DNA of 64,000 bases from Bacillota bacterium (lineage in GTDB: Bacteria > Bacillota > Clostridia > Christensenellales > DTU072): the NCBI GenBank assembly GCA_023394875.1, contig JAEXAB010000003.1:431895-495894 (forward strand), read 5' to 3'. Below are positions 38,873-49,234 of this stretch, in pieces. A model generated the notes under the pieces. It did no database searches, had not been told where the DNA came from, and saw only the letters and a list, made by a program, of their open reading frames with translations. The position numbers and the translations under genes were made by a program. Positions within the stretch are counted from its first letter, which is position 1. Every line of letters begins with the position of its first letter.

Positions 38873-40288
38873 TTATAAATTTTTATAAAGCTGCATGTAC
38901 TCTTTAGCAGACGCCTTCCAGCTGTAATCAGCGGTCATGGCGTTGTTTATGCATGCGCTCCATTCTTCCTTTTTGTAGTACGTTGATACAGCTCTTCTGA
39001 TTGCGTCAAGCATATCATAAGCGTTGTAGCTCTTAAACGTAAATCCGCGCCCGCTTTTTTCCATAGGATTAAAGGGGATAACGGTGTCTTTCAGTCCGCC
39101 CGTCTCTCTTACTATCGGTATACTGCCATAACGCATAGCTATCATCTGGCTCAAACCGCACGGTTCGAACTTACTGGGCATCAAAAACATATCGCTGCCG
39201 GCATAAATCTTGCTGGCTATGTCCTGAGAAAAGTTGATTATAACGGCTAATTTGTTGGCATATCTATGTGCAAGCTCGGTTAAAGCCGTCTCATATTTCC
39301 AATCCCCCGTTCCCAAAATTACCATTTGGATATCAAAGGAAAGTATCTCTTCAATTACTTCCATAACCAAATCCATTCCCTTTTGGTTGGTAAGTCTTGT
39401 TACCATACCGATAAGGGGCATATTAAGGGAAGGAAGATTAACTAGCTCTTGCAGACCTTTCTTATTAGGCTCTTTCTTTGCAACAGTCTTTGCCGAATAG
39501 TTACTGAACAACGCTATATCGTGCAAGGGGTTGTAAAGTTTGGTATCTATGCCGTTAATTATACCACATATCTTATAGCTTCTTTTGCTGAGAATATTTT
39601 CCAAACCGTATGCAAAATATGGATGCAAAATCTCCTGAGCGTAGGTTTTGGATACCGTAGTGACCGCATTGGCACCCTCAATGCCCGCTTTCAGCATATT
39701 TGCGCAGTTGTTGTATTCCACTATGCTTGACTTGGCGGCAGGAATGCCGAATACGTCGCTAATACAACTTCTATCCATATTTCCTTGAAACTCTATGTTG
39801 TGTATAGTGAGTACGGTTTTTATATCGGTATAGCCTTTTTCACTGCGGTAGAAAGAATCAAGCATTACGGGAAGCAAACCTGTCTGCCAGTCGTTGCAGT
39901 GAATAACTTCGGGATAAAATTCAATTAGGGGTAGAACTTCCAACACAGCCTTACTAAAGAAAGCAAACCTTTCTCCATCGTCATAGTGACCGTAAACGCC
40001 GCCCCTCTTAAAATAATATTCATTATCGATAAAGTAATAAATTACTCCTTCGTAATTATAAGTAAACACTCCCGCGTATTGTTGGCGCCAACCTAAGGTA
40101 ACCACCTTGGAGCCAATAAACTGCATTGTTTGTCTGAAAGTACAACTTATGTTCTCATATAGAGGCATAATTACTCTTACGTCTTGTTTTTCTTTGCTGA
40201 GAGCCTGCGGTAGCGCGGCGCTGACGTCACCTAAACCGCCCGTTCTCAAAAAAGGTCCTGCTTCACTTGTAGCGAACAATATTTTCAT
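38873..40288 (-). CDS. glgA: Glycogen synthase (ADP-glucose type)
   Basis: 471 aa. N-terminal MKILFATSEAGPFLRTGGLGDV motif. Confidence 0.93.
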   Translation of the reverse strand: MKILFATSEAGPFLRTGGLGDVSAALPQALSKEKQDVRVIMPLYENISCTFRQTMQFIGSKVVTLGWRQQYAGVFTYNYEGVIYYFIDNEYYFKRGGVYGHYDDGERFAFFSKAVLEVLPLIEFYPEVIHCNDWQTGLLPVMLDSFYRSEKGYTDIKTVLTIHNIEFQGNMDRSCISDVFGIPAAKSSIVEYNNCANMLKAGIEGANAVTTVSKTYAQEILHPYFAYGLENILSKRSYKICGIINGIDTKLYNPLHDIALFSNYSAKTVAKKEPNKKGLQELVNLPSLNMPLIGMVTRLTNQKGMDLVMEVIEEILSFDIQMVILGTGDWKYETALTELAHRYANKLAVIINFSQDIASKIYAGSDMFLMPSKFEPCGLSQMIAMRYGSIPIVRETGGLKDTVIPFNPMEKSGRGFTFKSYNAYDMLDAIRRAVSTYYKKEEWSACINNAMTADYSWKASAKEYMQLYKNL

Positions 40289-40326
40289 TTTTTGTACCTC
40301 CTATTAGTTACTGACACCTTTTTTAG

Positions 40327-41439
40327 TTATACTTTTTTGCCTTTTACAATTACTATCGGGTAGGTAATAAAGCCCGAAATGTTTCTGTTGTCGGTAATAG
40401 TTACGTCCTTGTCGGTAATGGCATATTGTAAGGAAGAGTTCTTGCCCACAATGCCGTTTTCCATAACTATAGAATTCTTAACAACCGCCCCTTCTTCTAT
40501 TCTTACGTTACGGAATAGTATGGAGTTTTCTACCGTTCCGTTAATAATACAGCCGTCGGCTAGAAGAGAATTCGTTACTTTTGCCCCTGCCTTATAGACG
40601 GTAGGCACGCTGTCTTTAACCTTAGTATAAATCTTGCTTTCACCCTCAAACAGAGCGCATCTTGTTTCATAGTTAAGTAAGTTCATACTTTCCGAATAAT
40701 AAGTCTTTACGTCGTCGATTATAGCGGCGTAGCTCTCTACTTTATATGAATATACGCTCTTTTCTTCCACTAGTTTGAAAAGAATATCCTTTTCGAAGTC
40801 CACTAGTCCGCGCGCATAAGCCTTTTGAACCAGCTCTATTAACAAGTCCTTACTCATTACGTAGGCGTTAAGGGAGATTAGCTTTTCTTCGGTGCCGGCA
40901 AATTCGGTTTCGTAAATATCCGTTATAGCTTCGTCGGCATCGGTTTCTAATACTATTCTTCTTGAAGTTGTGGTATATCCGGTGTGGCTAAGTACCGTTA
41001 CTTTGGCTTTTTTGTCAAGATGGAATTTGAACACTTCGGAAATGTCAATATTCATAGCGATATTGCAGTTGCTTATAAATACGTATTCTTCCTTGGAGCG
41101 GGTCAAAAAGCTCATTATGCTATAAATAGCTTCTATTTTTCCCTTATAAACGTCGCGGGTGGAGTTATAAACAAAGGGAGGGAATACGCTTATTCCGCCG
41201 TTTTTCCTATTTAAGTCCCAGTCTCTACCTTGTCTGATGTGGTCCATTAATGACTGGTAGTTGCTTCTGGTTACTATGCCTATTTGAGTTACTCCGCTGT
41301 TAACAAGGTTACTTAAAGTAAAGTCAATTAGTCTATATCTTCCTCCGAAAGGAAGGGAGGCGGTGGTTCTGTGCAAAGTCAGTTCGTTTAATTTGCTTTC
41401 ATTGCCCGAAGCAAAAAGAATACTCATCATATTGTTCAT
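40327..41439 (-). CDS. glgD: Glucose-1-phosphate adenylyltransferase, GlgD (regulatory) subunit
   Basis: 370 aa. GlgC paralogue with a degenerate N-terminal nucleotide-binding motif. Left-handed beta-helix C-terminus. Its start overlaps the glgC stop (TAATG). Confidence 0.85.
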   Translation of the reverse strand: MNNMMSILFASGNESKLNELTLHRTTASLPFGGRYRLIDFTLSNLVNSGVTQIGIVTRSNYQSLMDHIRQGRDWDLNRKNGGISVFPPFVYNSTRDVYKGKIEAIYSIMSFLTRSKEEYVFISNCNIAMNIDISEVFKFHLDKKAKVTVLSHTGYTTTSRRIVLETDADEAITDIYETEFAGTEEKLISLNAYVMSKDLLIELVQKAYARGLVDFEKDILFKLVEEKSVYSYKVESYAAIIDDVKTYYSESMNLLNYETRCALFEGESKIYTKVKDSVPTVYKAGAKVTNSLLADGCIINGTVENSILFRNVRIEEGAVVKNSIVMENGIVGKNSSLQYAITDKDVTITDNRNISGFITYPIVIVKGKKV

Positions 41440-42641
41440 TATTTGTTTCCTCCTTTCATTTCCCCTTCTTTAACCACGCTGTTTCTTTCCAAAGTCACGT
41501 TAGGCCCCACAACGGCTATATTCCATTCTCCGTTAATAGGAGCTTTTTGCGGCGCGCCGATAACGCAGTTTTCTCCGATAGTGGCTCTCCAACCTACTAT
41601 GGCATGGCTTATTCTTACGTTAGGTCCGATTATGGCATTCGGCATTATTATACTGTCTTTAATTTCGGCATCTTTACTTACCGTTGCGCCGTGATAAATT
41701 ATTGAATTAACGATTTTGCCGTCAACGTCGCAGCCTTCGCTAATAATAGAATTACTGATACTAGCGTTGCTTCCCACAAAATGAGGTGGTTCGGCGGTGT
41801 TTCTTGCATATATCTTCCAGCCTCTTTCGTTAAGCTTCAAGCCCGATTCGGGATTAAGAATATCCATATTGGCTTCCCATAGAGAACTAATAGTTCCTAC
41901 GTCCTTCCAATAGCCGTTAAATTCATAGGCAAACAATCTTTGTCCGTCTTCCAGCATCATAGGAATAATATTCTTACCGAAATCGTTGCTGGAGTTTTTG
42001 TCGGCTTCGTCTCTTACCAAATAATCTCTCAGTTTTTCCCAGGTAAAGATATAGATACCCATACTTGCCTTAGTCGACTTAGGGCGCTTGGGTTTTTCTT
42101 CAAACTCAATTATTTGATTATCGTCTTTGGTATTCATAATACCAAAACGGGACGCCTCTTCTATATTAACGTTGAGTACGGCAATAGTGCAGTCGGCGTT
42201 TTTTTCTTTATGCTCTCTTAGCATGTCAGAATAATCCATTTTATAGATATGATCCCCGGAAAGTATCAAAACATATTCGGGGTTATAACGGTCTATAAAG
42301 TTGATATTTTGATAAATGGCGTTGGCTGTACCCTTGTACCACTCACCCGACTTACCTTTTTGATAGGGGGGCAAAACGAAAGCTCCTCCGTTTAGTCTGT
42401 CCAAGTCCCACGGTTGTCCGTTGCCTATGTACTGATTGAGTTCAAAGGGCTGGTATTGGGTCAAAACGCCGATTGTTTCGATGCCGGAATTGATAGTATT
42501 GGAGATAGGAAAGTCAATAATGCGGTATTTCCCCCCAAACGGAACTGCAGGCTTTGCTACTTCCTCCGTTAAAACGCCCAACCGAGTACCTTGACCGCCT
42601 GCAAGCAACATAGCTACACATTCTTTTCTTGTACTTAACAT
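41439..42641 (-). CDS. glgC: Glucose-1-phosphate adenylyltransferase
   Basis: 400 aa. LAGGQGTRL motif. Confidence 0.93.
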   Translation of the reverse strand: MLSTRKECVAMLLAGGQGTRLGVLTEEVAKPAVPFGGKYRIIDFPISNTINSGIETIGVLTQYQPFELNQYIGNGQPWDLDRLNGGAFVLPPYQKGKSGEWYKGTANAIYQNINFIDRYNPEYVLILSGDHIYKMDYSDMLREHKEKNADCTIAVLNVNIEEASRFGIMNTKDDNQIIEFEEKPKRPKSTKASMGIYIFTWEKLRDYLVRDEADKNSSNDFGKNIIPMMLEDGQRLFAYEFNGYWKDVGTISSLWEANMDILNPESGLKLNERGWKIYARNTAEPPHFVGSNASISNSIISEGCDVDGKIVNSIIYHGATVSKDAEIKDSIIMPNAIIGPNVRISHAIVGWRATIGENCVIGAPQKAPINGEWNIAVVGPNVTLERNSVVKEGEMKGGNK

Positions 42642-42706
42642 CTTCTCTCTCCTTGTTTCTTATTTTTCCTGATAATTTATTATTTTTATTTTTGAGAATT
42701 GACTTT

Positions 42707-44590
42707 TTATTTTTCAAACTTAACAAAAATAGCCGAATTGCCTCTTAAATCAAGTTGAATGCTCTGTTCATATCCGTGCATAGGTTCATCAATAGTTTCC
42801 AACGTTCTTCCCTCTATTACGGTACCGCCGAATTTAATATCTTCGCTGTTTAACGCCTCTACGTAAACGCCCTTTTTAGCTACGCCGATTTTGTAATCGG
42901 GTCTGTCCTTTGCCGAAAAATTAATAGCTACGATAACGCTGTTGCCTTGTTTGTCAAACCTTTCAAAAACTATGACGTTTTGAATTTTGTCATTGACAAC
43001 TATCCAACGGAAACCGTCATAGGAACAGTCCATTTCATATAAGGGCTTGTTTTTGAGATAAAAACGGTTGAGCTCTCTGACAAAATTATGTAAATTATTG
43101 TGAGCAGGATATTCAAGCAAGAACCAGTCTAATTGTTTTTGATAATCCCACTCTATAAACTGACCGAACTCATTGCCCATAAAATTGAGCTTTTTGCCGG
43201 GATGCGCCATCTGATAGGAAAGTAAAGCTTTAAGCCCGCCGAACTTTTCATCATAGCTACCCGGTATTTTACCGATTAAACTTGCTTTGCCGTGAACTAC
43301 TTCGTCATGAGAAAACGGCAAAACGTAGTTTTCCGAAAAAGCGTATGTTATTGAAAAAGTAAGTTTATCGTGGGCACCTTTACGGAAAAACGGGTCGATT
43401 TTTATGTAGTCTAGCGTATCGTTCATCCAACCCATATTCCATTTATAATTAAAGCCAAGACCGCCGATTTGCGGAGGCATAGTTACCATAGGGAAAGCGG
43501 TGGATTCTTCGGCTATCATAATAACGCCGTTGTGACGTGACAAAATTGCTTTGTTTAGAGTCTGCAAGAAGTAAATAGCTTCTAAGTTATACTCTCCGCC
43601 TTGTTCGTTAGGTCGCCATTCTCCGTTGGTACGGTCATAATTCAGATACAACATACTCGCAACGGCGTCCAGTCTCATTCCGTCAATATGGTACTTGGTC
43701 AGCCAAAAGTCAACTGCGCTTATTAGATAGCTTCTTACTTGAGGTTTGTTATAGTCAAAAACTCTGGTTCCCCAGGTTTTATGCTCCTGCTTGTACATAT
43801 CGCTGTATTCATAAAGACAAGTGCCGTCAAATTCATAAAGCCCGAAAGCGTCTTTAGGAAAGTGACTAAGTACAAAATCCATAATAACGCCAATCCCCTC
43901 GCTGTGGCATCTGTCCACAAAATACATGAAGTCATGCGGGGTGCCGTAACGGGATGTGGGAGCGAATAGTCCTGTTGTCTGATAACCCCAGCTGCCTTCA
44001 TAAGGATGCTCGGTTACCGGCATAAGCTCTATATGTGTATAGCCCATTTCTTTAACGTAAGGAACCAACGTATCTGCCATTACTTTATAAGAATAATGGT
44101 TGCCGTCGGGAAACATCTTCCAAGAGCCCAAATGAACTTCGTAAATGTTCATAGGCGAAGTATAGGTATTAGCGGAATTTCTTTTTTCTAAAAACTCTTC
44201 ATCAGTCCAGTTAAAATCGGCTATATCAAAAATTTTGCTGCCGTCTGAGGGCGCTGTCTCGCAGTGATAAGCATACGGGTCGGCTTTCAGTCTTATTACG
44301 TGGTCGGCTCCCTCTATGCTGTATTTATAAATATCATAACGCTTGACGTTTTTTACGTATGCTTCCCAAATTCCCGTGCTGCCTACAGGGGTCATGACGT
44401 CCACCGATCTGTCCCAGGAATTAAAGTCCCCTACTACCGATACGCTCTTTGCATTGGGCGCCCATACTCTGAAACGGCAAGTTTTTTTGTTATTTTTTTG
44501 GACGAATGCAGAACCCAACAACTTATATGCCTCAAAATTCGTGCCCTCGTTAAAAAGGTAAACGGGATAGTCATAAGTGTTTTTTATCAT
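42707..44590 (-). CDS. glgB: 1,4-alpha-glucan branching enzyme
   Basis: 627 aa. GH13 motifs DFVLSHF, GMRLDAV, IAEEST. SD AAGGAG lies inside the end of ispE. Confidence 0.93.
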   Translation of the reverse strand: MIKNTYDYPVYLFNEGTNFEAYKLLGSAFVQKNNKKTCRFRVWAPNAKSVSVVGDFNSWDRSVDVMTPVGSTGIWEAYVKNVKRYDIYKYSIEGADHVIRLKADPYAYHCETAPSDGSKIFDIADFNWTDEEFLEKRNSANTYTSPMNIYEVHLGSWKMFPDGNHYSYKVMADTLVPYVKEMGYTHIELMPVTEHPYEGSWGYQTTGLFAPTSRYGTPHDFMYFVDRCHSEGIGVIMDFVLSHFPKDAFGLYEFDGTCLYEYSDMYKQEHKTWGTRVFDYNKPQVRSYLISAVDFWLTKYHIDGMRLDAVASMLYLNYDRTNGEWRPNEQGGEYNLEAIYFLQTLNKAILSRHNGVIMIAEESTAFPMVTMPPQIGGLGFNYKWNMGWMNDTLDYIKIDPFFRKGAHDKLTFSITYAFSENYVLPFSHDEVVHGKASLIGKIPGSYDEKFGGLKALLSYQMAHPGKKLNFMGNEFGQFIEWDYQKQLDWFLLEYPAHNNLHNFVRELNRFYLKNKPLYEMDCSYDGFRWIVVNDKIQNVIVFERFDKQGNSVIVAINFSAKDRPDYKIGVAKKGVYVEALNSEDIKFGGTVIEGRTLETIDEPMHGYEQSIQLDLRGNSAIFVKFEK

Positions 44591-44593
44591 TTT

Positions 44594-45409
44594 TTACTCC
44601 TTTTCTTCCTGCAAAGCAATAAACCTGCCTAGCCCTAGCCTGATTAGTTTTGCCAATTTTGACTCGAATTCAATAAAGTCGTATTCTATCCCGAAGCAAG
44701 CGCTTCCGCTACCGGACATTCCGCACAAAAAGCCTACGCTTTTTAGGGTGTCTAGAGCTAACTTTATATCACCGTTTATTATGCAAGCGGCGCGCTGTAA
44801 TGCGTTAGCTTGCTTTATTTCCTTAGAAAACGGGTTCTTTATAAACCCCTCTATATCTCCGTTTTCTCCGCCTACTTCATCGTAAAGTTCATAACACTTA
44901 GTTGTGTCTACCCCTTTAGCGGGAAGCAGAACTACTTTATTAAACTTCGGTAAATTTATGCTCTCTACCTTTTCTCCTATTCCGCTTACTCTGCAGTCGC
45001 CGCCCTTGTACATATAGGGTACGTCACTGCCGATTTTTACTAATAAGTCATTATCTATATTTTCAAGGTCAAACAGTTCTCTTATTGCCCTTGCCACCCC
45101 TGCCGCATCGGCAGAAGAACCGCCCATACCGCTTTGAAGAGGGATTTTCTTTTCTATTACGATATCCATTCCGCCTAAGCCGTAATGCTTGGCAATAACG
45201 TTTGCGGCTTTTAAGGCTGTGTCGTTATCAAACTTAATAGCCTTATCGGTATAACTAAGGTTTATAACGTTGTCTTTCCGCTTATCGGCATATATAATAT
45301 CACACAAATTAAATGGTACGAAGACACCGTCAATAAGATGCATATTATTTGTTTTTCCGACAATGTTCAACATTAAGTTTAATTTTGCAGGGCTCTTAAT
45401 TGTTACCAT
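44594..45409 (-). CDS. ispE: 4-diphosphocytidyl-2-C-methyl-D-erythritol kinase
   Basis: GHMP kinase motif PLQSGMGGSSADAA and N-terminal SPAKLNL. Start revised to the ATG at 45409 (MVTIKSPAKLNL...), because the promoter -10 element ends only 4 nt from the ORF-track ATG at 45424. Confidence 0.85.
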   Translation of the reverse strand: MVTIKSPAKLNLMLNIVGKTNNMHLIDGVFVPFNLCDIIYADKRKDNVINLSYTDKAIKFDNDTALKAANVIAKHYGLGGMDIVIEKKIPLQSGMGGSSADAAGVARAIRELFDLENIDNDLLVKIGSDVPYMYKGGDCRVSGIGEKVESINLPKFNKVVLLPAKGVDTTKCYELYDEVGGENGDIEGFIKNPFSKEIKQANALQRAACIINGDIKLALDTLKSVGFLCGMSGSGSACFGIEYDFIEFESKLAKLIRLGLGRFIALQEEKE

Positions 45410-45428
45410 TTTATTCCTATTCATATTA

Positions 45429-45457
45429 ATTATAACCGCGCGGGCTATTTAGGTCAA
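45429..45457 (-). promoter_or_regulatory. Consensus-like promoter for ispE-glg operon
   Basis: On the minus strand: TTGACC (45457-45452), 17-nt spacer, TATAAT (45434-45429). Confidence 0.5.
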
Positions 45458-45482
45458 ATACTTTACGGCTTTTGCAAAATCA

Positions 45483-46805
45483 TTATTTTATGGCGTCTAT
45501 AAACTCAAATACTCTACTTTCCAATACGTCGTCAAATTTGTTTCCGCAGCCGAAATGGTCGCAATTTTCTATAACAGCAGCGTTTTTATAATCGATATCG
45601 TTACCTAGTAGCGCGCTGAACAATTGAACTGTGCCGTCTCCCTGATAACTAGTCTCCACTGTGGACATAGTCCCATTAACCATATTTACTACGTTTTCCG
45701 TCCTGTAGTCGTTGCCTGCGCAATACAAAGTGTTAATTAAAGTTGAGGCGTGAACCTTATTTCCGTTACTCTCAACGTAAAAGCTGTCCCAGTATTCTTC
45801 CAATTCCAAAACCACCTTTTTGAGGTTTCCGTCCTTTCTCTTTGCCCAGTCTCTTGACTTATAAAATTCGATAAGAGCTTCCCTTGTGGTAATGGGCGCT
45901 CCGTCAACGTTCAAAAATGAGGTATCAACCTGAGGCGTGGAAATAAGCTCTATGGTAGGTAAAAGTTGATAAGCGGTAGTAAGATTGGCAGCCAAAGGCA
46001 AAAATTGGTCTTCGGCTACGTCTTCTAAAGAATTTCTTACAAAGTCGGGCAGAGCCCCTAAAATATCAAATATAAGATTATCCAAAGTTTCCAAAACGGT
46101 AAGAGCCATCATGGAGCCGTAATAAGGAGCAGCAAGAGAAATATGCCCCAAAACCTTATCTCTGTTTTCCTGACTTCTTGCAAAATAATTGGTAGCGACA
46201 AGGTTGCCCATACTGTGGGAGGCAATTATTACTTTGTCGTACTTGTTTTCGTTTATGAACATCTCCAGTTTTTCGGCAGAAAGACGATTGTCCACACGCC
46301 AATCATAGTTAAAAACTATTACGTCAAATTCGCTGCCGTATCTTGCTTCCATATCCTCATAAATATCTCTGTAAGCCTGCAACGCGCCGTATTTTTGATT
46401 GCCCTCGTATGCCATCGTGGCTGGTACAATATGCTTATAAATGGGGTTGCCGTCCTCGTCTAAATGGAGCTTTTTTATTATACTGTCATCACTTTTATTT
46501 ACTATCTTACTTAAAATGCTTTCTTTGCCGCCGTTCATGGCTTGCAAGGCAAGGCTCAATACCATTTGTGTGGAAACGTCGGGATTAAAAAAGTCACCCA
46601 AAACGTAATCGGTATCAAAAGGCGCCCAAATAGCTTGGCCGGTAATTTCGTCAAGCAGACCGCTTGCGATAAGTCCGGGTAAAATAATAATGGCTTTTTT
46701 CTCGTTCAAGGCTATGGGTAAGGCAACTAACAAACTAAGTATAATAACCGCAATAATTATGATAGCTACAATAATAGCGATTGCTTTTTTTGAATAACCG
46801 TGCAT
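45483..46805 (-). CDS. Membrane-anchored LCAT-like lipase/acyltransferase (paralogue of 11590-13101)
   Basis: 440 aa. N-terminal TM helix. Motifs ILPGLIASGL, YDWRVDN and SHSMGN. Collinear similarity to the 503-aa paralogue. Confidence 0.7.
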   Translation of the reverse strand: MHGYSKKAIAIIVAIIIIAVIILSLLVALPIALNEKKAIIILPGLIASGLLDEITGQAIWAPFDTDYVLGDFFNPDVSTQMVLSLALQAMNGGKESILSKIVNKSDDSIIKKLHLDEDGNPIYKHIVPATMAYEGNQKYGALQAYRDIYEDMEARYGSEFDVIVFNYDWRVDNRLSAEKLEMFINENKYDKVIIASHSMGNLVATNYFARSQENRDKVLGHISLAAPYYGSMMALTVLETLDNLIFDILGALPDFVRNSLEDVAEDQFLPLAANLTTAYQLLPTIELISTPQVDTSFLNVDGAPITTREALIEFYKSRDWAKRKDGNLKKVVLELEEYWDSFYVESNGNKVHASTLINTLYCAGNDYRTENVVNMVNGTMSTVETSYQGDGTVQLFSALLGNDIDYKNAAVIENCDHFGCGNKFDDVLESRVFEFIDAIK

Positions 46806-46958
46806 TAAATAACACTCCTAAATATTATAATATAAACTCTATTAATAATAATAACACAGTTAAAGTTGAATTTCAATTACTTATATAGCAAAATAAATAC
46901 CGAACTTAGCGGCATTTATGGCAAATTATGAGAAAATACGACATTTGGAATTTTTTAA

Positions 46959-48287
46959 TTAATGCTCAGCCGAAATTCTTACGGTTTCTGCTAAAGTAGG
47001 ATGGGCGTGAATGGTTTTTTCTATATCTTCTCTTTTTAGTTTATTGGTTACCGCCAAAGCTAATTCGGCAATAATGTCGGTAGCTCTGCTGCACATAACC
47101 ACAGCGCCGACAATAACTTCTTCCTTATCGTAAACGGTCTTTACAAAGCCCGCAAAACAATCTTCAATAACGGCTTTTCCGTTACCGCCGAAAGGAATTT
47201 TACAAGCAGTAAAACCGTCGGTTGCTTCGGTTATCCCCACGCTTGCTATTTCGGGATAGGTATAAACGCAAGAAGGCACTACGCTTAAATCCATAGGGGG
47301 CTTTTTGCCTGCTATTATGTATGCAACGTTTTCGGCTTGGGCTTCTGCAAGGTGCGCAAGTTGAATTTTACCGGACACGTCTCCTACCGCATAGATATTT
47401 TTTTGCGACGTGGCAAAATTTTCGTCAACTATTATTCTTCTGTCATACTCAATCTTAGCGTTTTCCAACTTTAGGTTGGCAAAATTAGCAATTCTTCCTA
47501 CGCTTACTATCACTTCGTCACAATCAAGAGCTTTTATGCTACCCTTAATTTCTACGTTAACCGTCAGATTATTTTCATTTTTAGTTACAGACTGCACTTT
47601 TGCGCCTGTAAGAATTTCCACCTTATTTTTCCGAAAAGCTAAGCCTAAATAGTTAGACGCATCCCTGTCCATTTGGGGTAGTATTCTGCTTTCTGCTTCT
47701 ACTATCGTAACTTTTTTGCCTATTGAGGAAAAGAAGCAGGCAAACTCACAGCCAATAACCCCACCGCCTATTATCAATATGTTTTCGCCCACAATTCCTT
47801 TTTCCAAAACCTGATCGGAGTTTTTGGTATATTCTATTCCCTCAAGGTTTAATTTTGCAGGAACGGAGCCTGTGGCGATAATAATATTTTTTGCGGAAAT
47901 AACCTTATTTTCTCCGTCTTTTTCTATAGAAACGGTGTTTTTATCGATAAAACTTGCCTTTCCTTCAAAATAATCAAGTCCGCTCTTTTTTATTAAAAAC
48001 GCTATACCTTCTCTAAGCTTTTTTACAACGCTGTCTTTTCTTTGATATACTTTTTCCATATCAAAATACACGTTAGCAACGTCGACGCCGAACAAATTTC
48101 CGTTCTTTGCGCTTTCATATATTTCGGCGCTTTTCAGTAAACTTTTGGTGGGAATACAGCCTCTATTAAGGCAGGTTCCTCCAAGCTCTCTTTCTTCTAT
48201 AAGCGCCGTTTTTAAGCCTAGTTTTGCACATTTCAATGCTCCGTTATATCCGGCAGGACCGCCGCCTATCACTATTACGTCGTACAT
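46959..48287 (-). CDS. lpd: Dihydrolipoyl dehydrogenase (E3)
   Basis: 442 aa. GGGPAGY FAD motif, redox-active disulfide GGTCLNRGCIPTK, C-terminal HAHPTLAE. Confidence 0.87.
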   Translation of the reverse strand: MYDVIVIGGGPAGYNGALKCAKLGLKTALIEERELGGTCLNRGCIPTKSLLKSAEIYESAKNGNLFGVDVANVYFDMEKVYQRKDSVVKKLREGIAFLIKKSGLDYFEGKASFIDKNTVSIEKDGENKVISAKNIIIATGSVPAKLNLEGIEYTKNSDQVLEKGIVGENILIIGGGVIGCEFACFFSSIGKKVTIVEAESRILPQMDRDASNYLGLAFRKNKVEILTGAKVQSVTKNENNLTVNVEIKGSIKALDCDEVIVSVGRIANFANLKLENAKIEYDRRIIVDENFATSQKNIYAVGDVSGKIQLAHLAEAQAENVAYIIAGKKPPMDLSVVPSCVYTYPEIASVGITEATDGFTACKIPFGGNGKAVIEDCFAGFVKTVYDKEEVIVGAVVMCSRATDIIAELALAVTNKLKREDIEKTIHAHPTLAETVRISAEH

Positions 48288-48292
48288 AAATT

Positions 48293-49234
48293 TTACCCCT
48301 GTTTAATTAATTCCAAAATTTCTTTTGCTATCTCTTTTTCCCTTTCGTCCTCAAATTCAAGCTCTTTTCCTTTCTTTAATATTTCCACTTTTTGCATAAC
48401 TTTGGGATAAAGACAGTCGGTAGAATATGCCGCGATTTTACCTAAATTGTCCTTATGGAGAGTAACGCAACCCCATTCGTATCTGATTGTCGTTGCTTGC
48501 GTGTCTTTCGGCCATGCTCCGAAAATATACTCATCTGATGAATATTTTTGCCTTAGATTAGTAACTTCTTTATTTACTTTCAACTGTTCAAAATCAAGTT
48601 TTTTTGCGGTTCCGTATTCATTTTGAAAAGCCTCAATTAAGGCTTTTGTAAGCCCGATATAGTCTAGGTTCGGGTTAAGAGTCTGTAGATTTATTATTCT
48701 GCTTTCTACCGACTTAACCCCTTTTGCGTATAATTTTTCTTTGGAAACCGACAGATATTTTGCCATTAAAGCAGCGTTTAATTTAATAAGCACCGTACCA
48801 TGATGAAGACAGCATATATTGCCGTTAAGAAAGGCGTTGCCCGAAAACTTTTTGCCGTCGGTTATTATATCGTTACGTCCGTTGAACTCCGCTTCGATGC
48901 CGAAATTTTTTAGTGCGTCAATTATTACTTTTAGTTGCCTTTTTATATCATAGCTTTCTTTATCGATAATGAAAGAAAAATTGACGTTTCCTTCGTCGTG
49001 AAAAACCGCTCCGCCTCCCGTAGTTCTCCTTGCTATTTTTCCACCGTCACTTAGAAAAATATCCACGTTGCATTCGGCGAATGGATTTTGGTTTTTGCCT
49101 ATTACAACAGTGTTGGCGTTACGCCATAAATACAAGCCTATATCCCCTTTTTCGGCGGTGTTGACAAGATAATTTTCCACCGCCAAATTGAGATACGGGT
49201 CAAGTTCGGAGCTTATTATTACATACGGCTTCAC
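48293..49234 (-). CDS. lplA: Lipoate-protein ligase
   Basis: 313 aa. LplA/BPL catalytic-domain similarity (LYLWRNANTVVIGKNQNP...). Overlaps the upstream MFS gene by 1 nt. Confidence 0.85.
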   Translation of the reverse strand: MKPYVIISSELDPYLNLAVENYLVNTAEKGDIGLYLWRNANTVVIGKNQNPFAECNVDIFLSDGGKIARRTTGGGAVFHDEGNVNFSFIIDKESYDIKRQLKVIIDALKNFGIEAEFNGRNDIITDGKKFSGNAFLNGNICCLHHGTVLIKLNAALMAKYLSVSKEKLYAKGVKSVESRIINLQTLNPNLDYIGLTKALIEAFQNEYGTAKKLDFEQLKVNKEVTNLRQKYSSDEYIFGAWPKDTQATTIRYEWGCVTLHKDNLGKIAAYSTDCLYPKVMQKVEILKKGKELEFEDEREKEIAKEILELIKQG

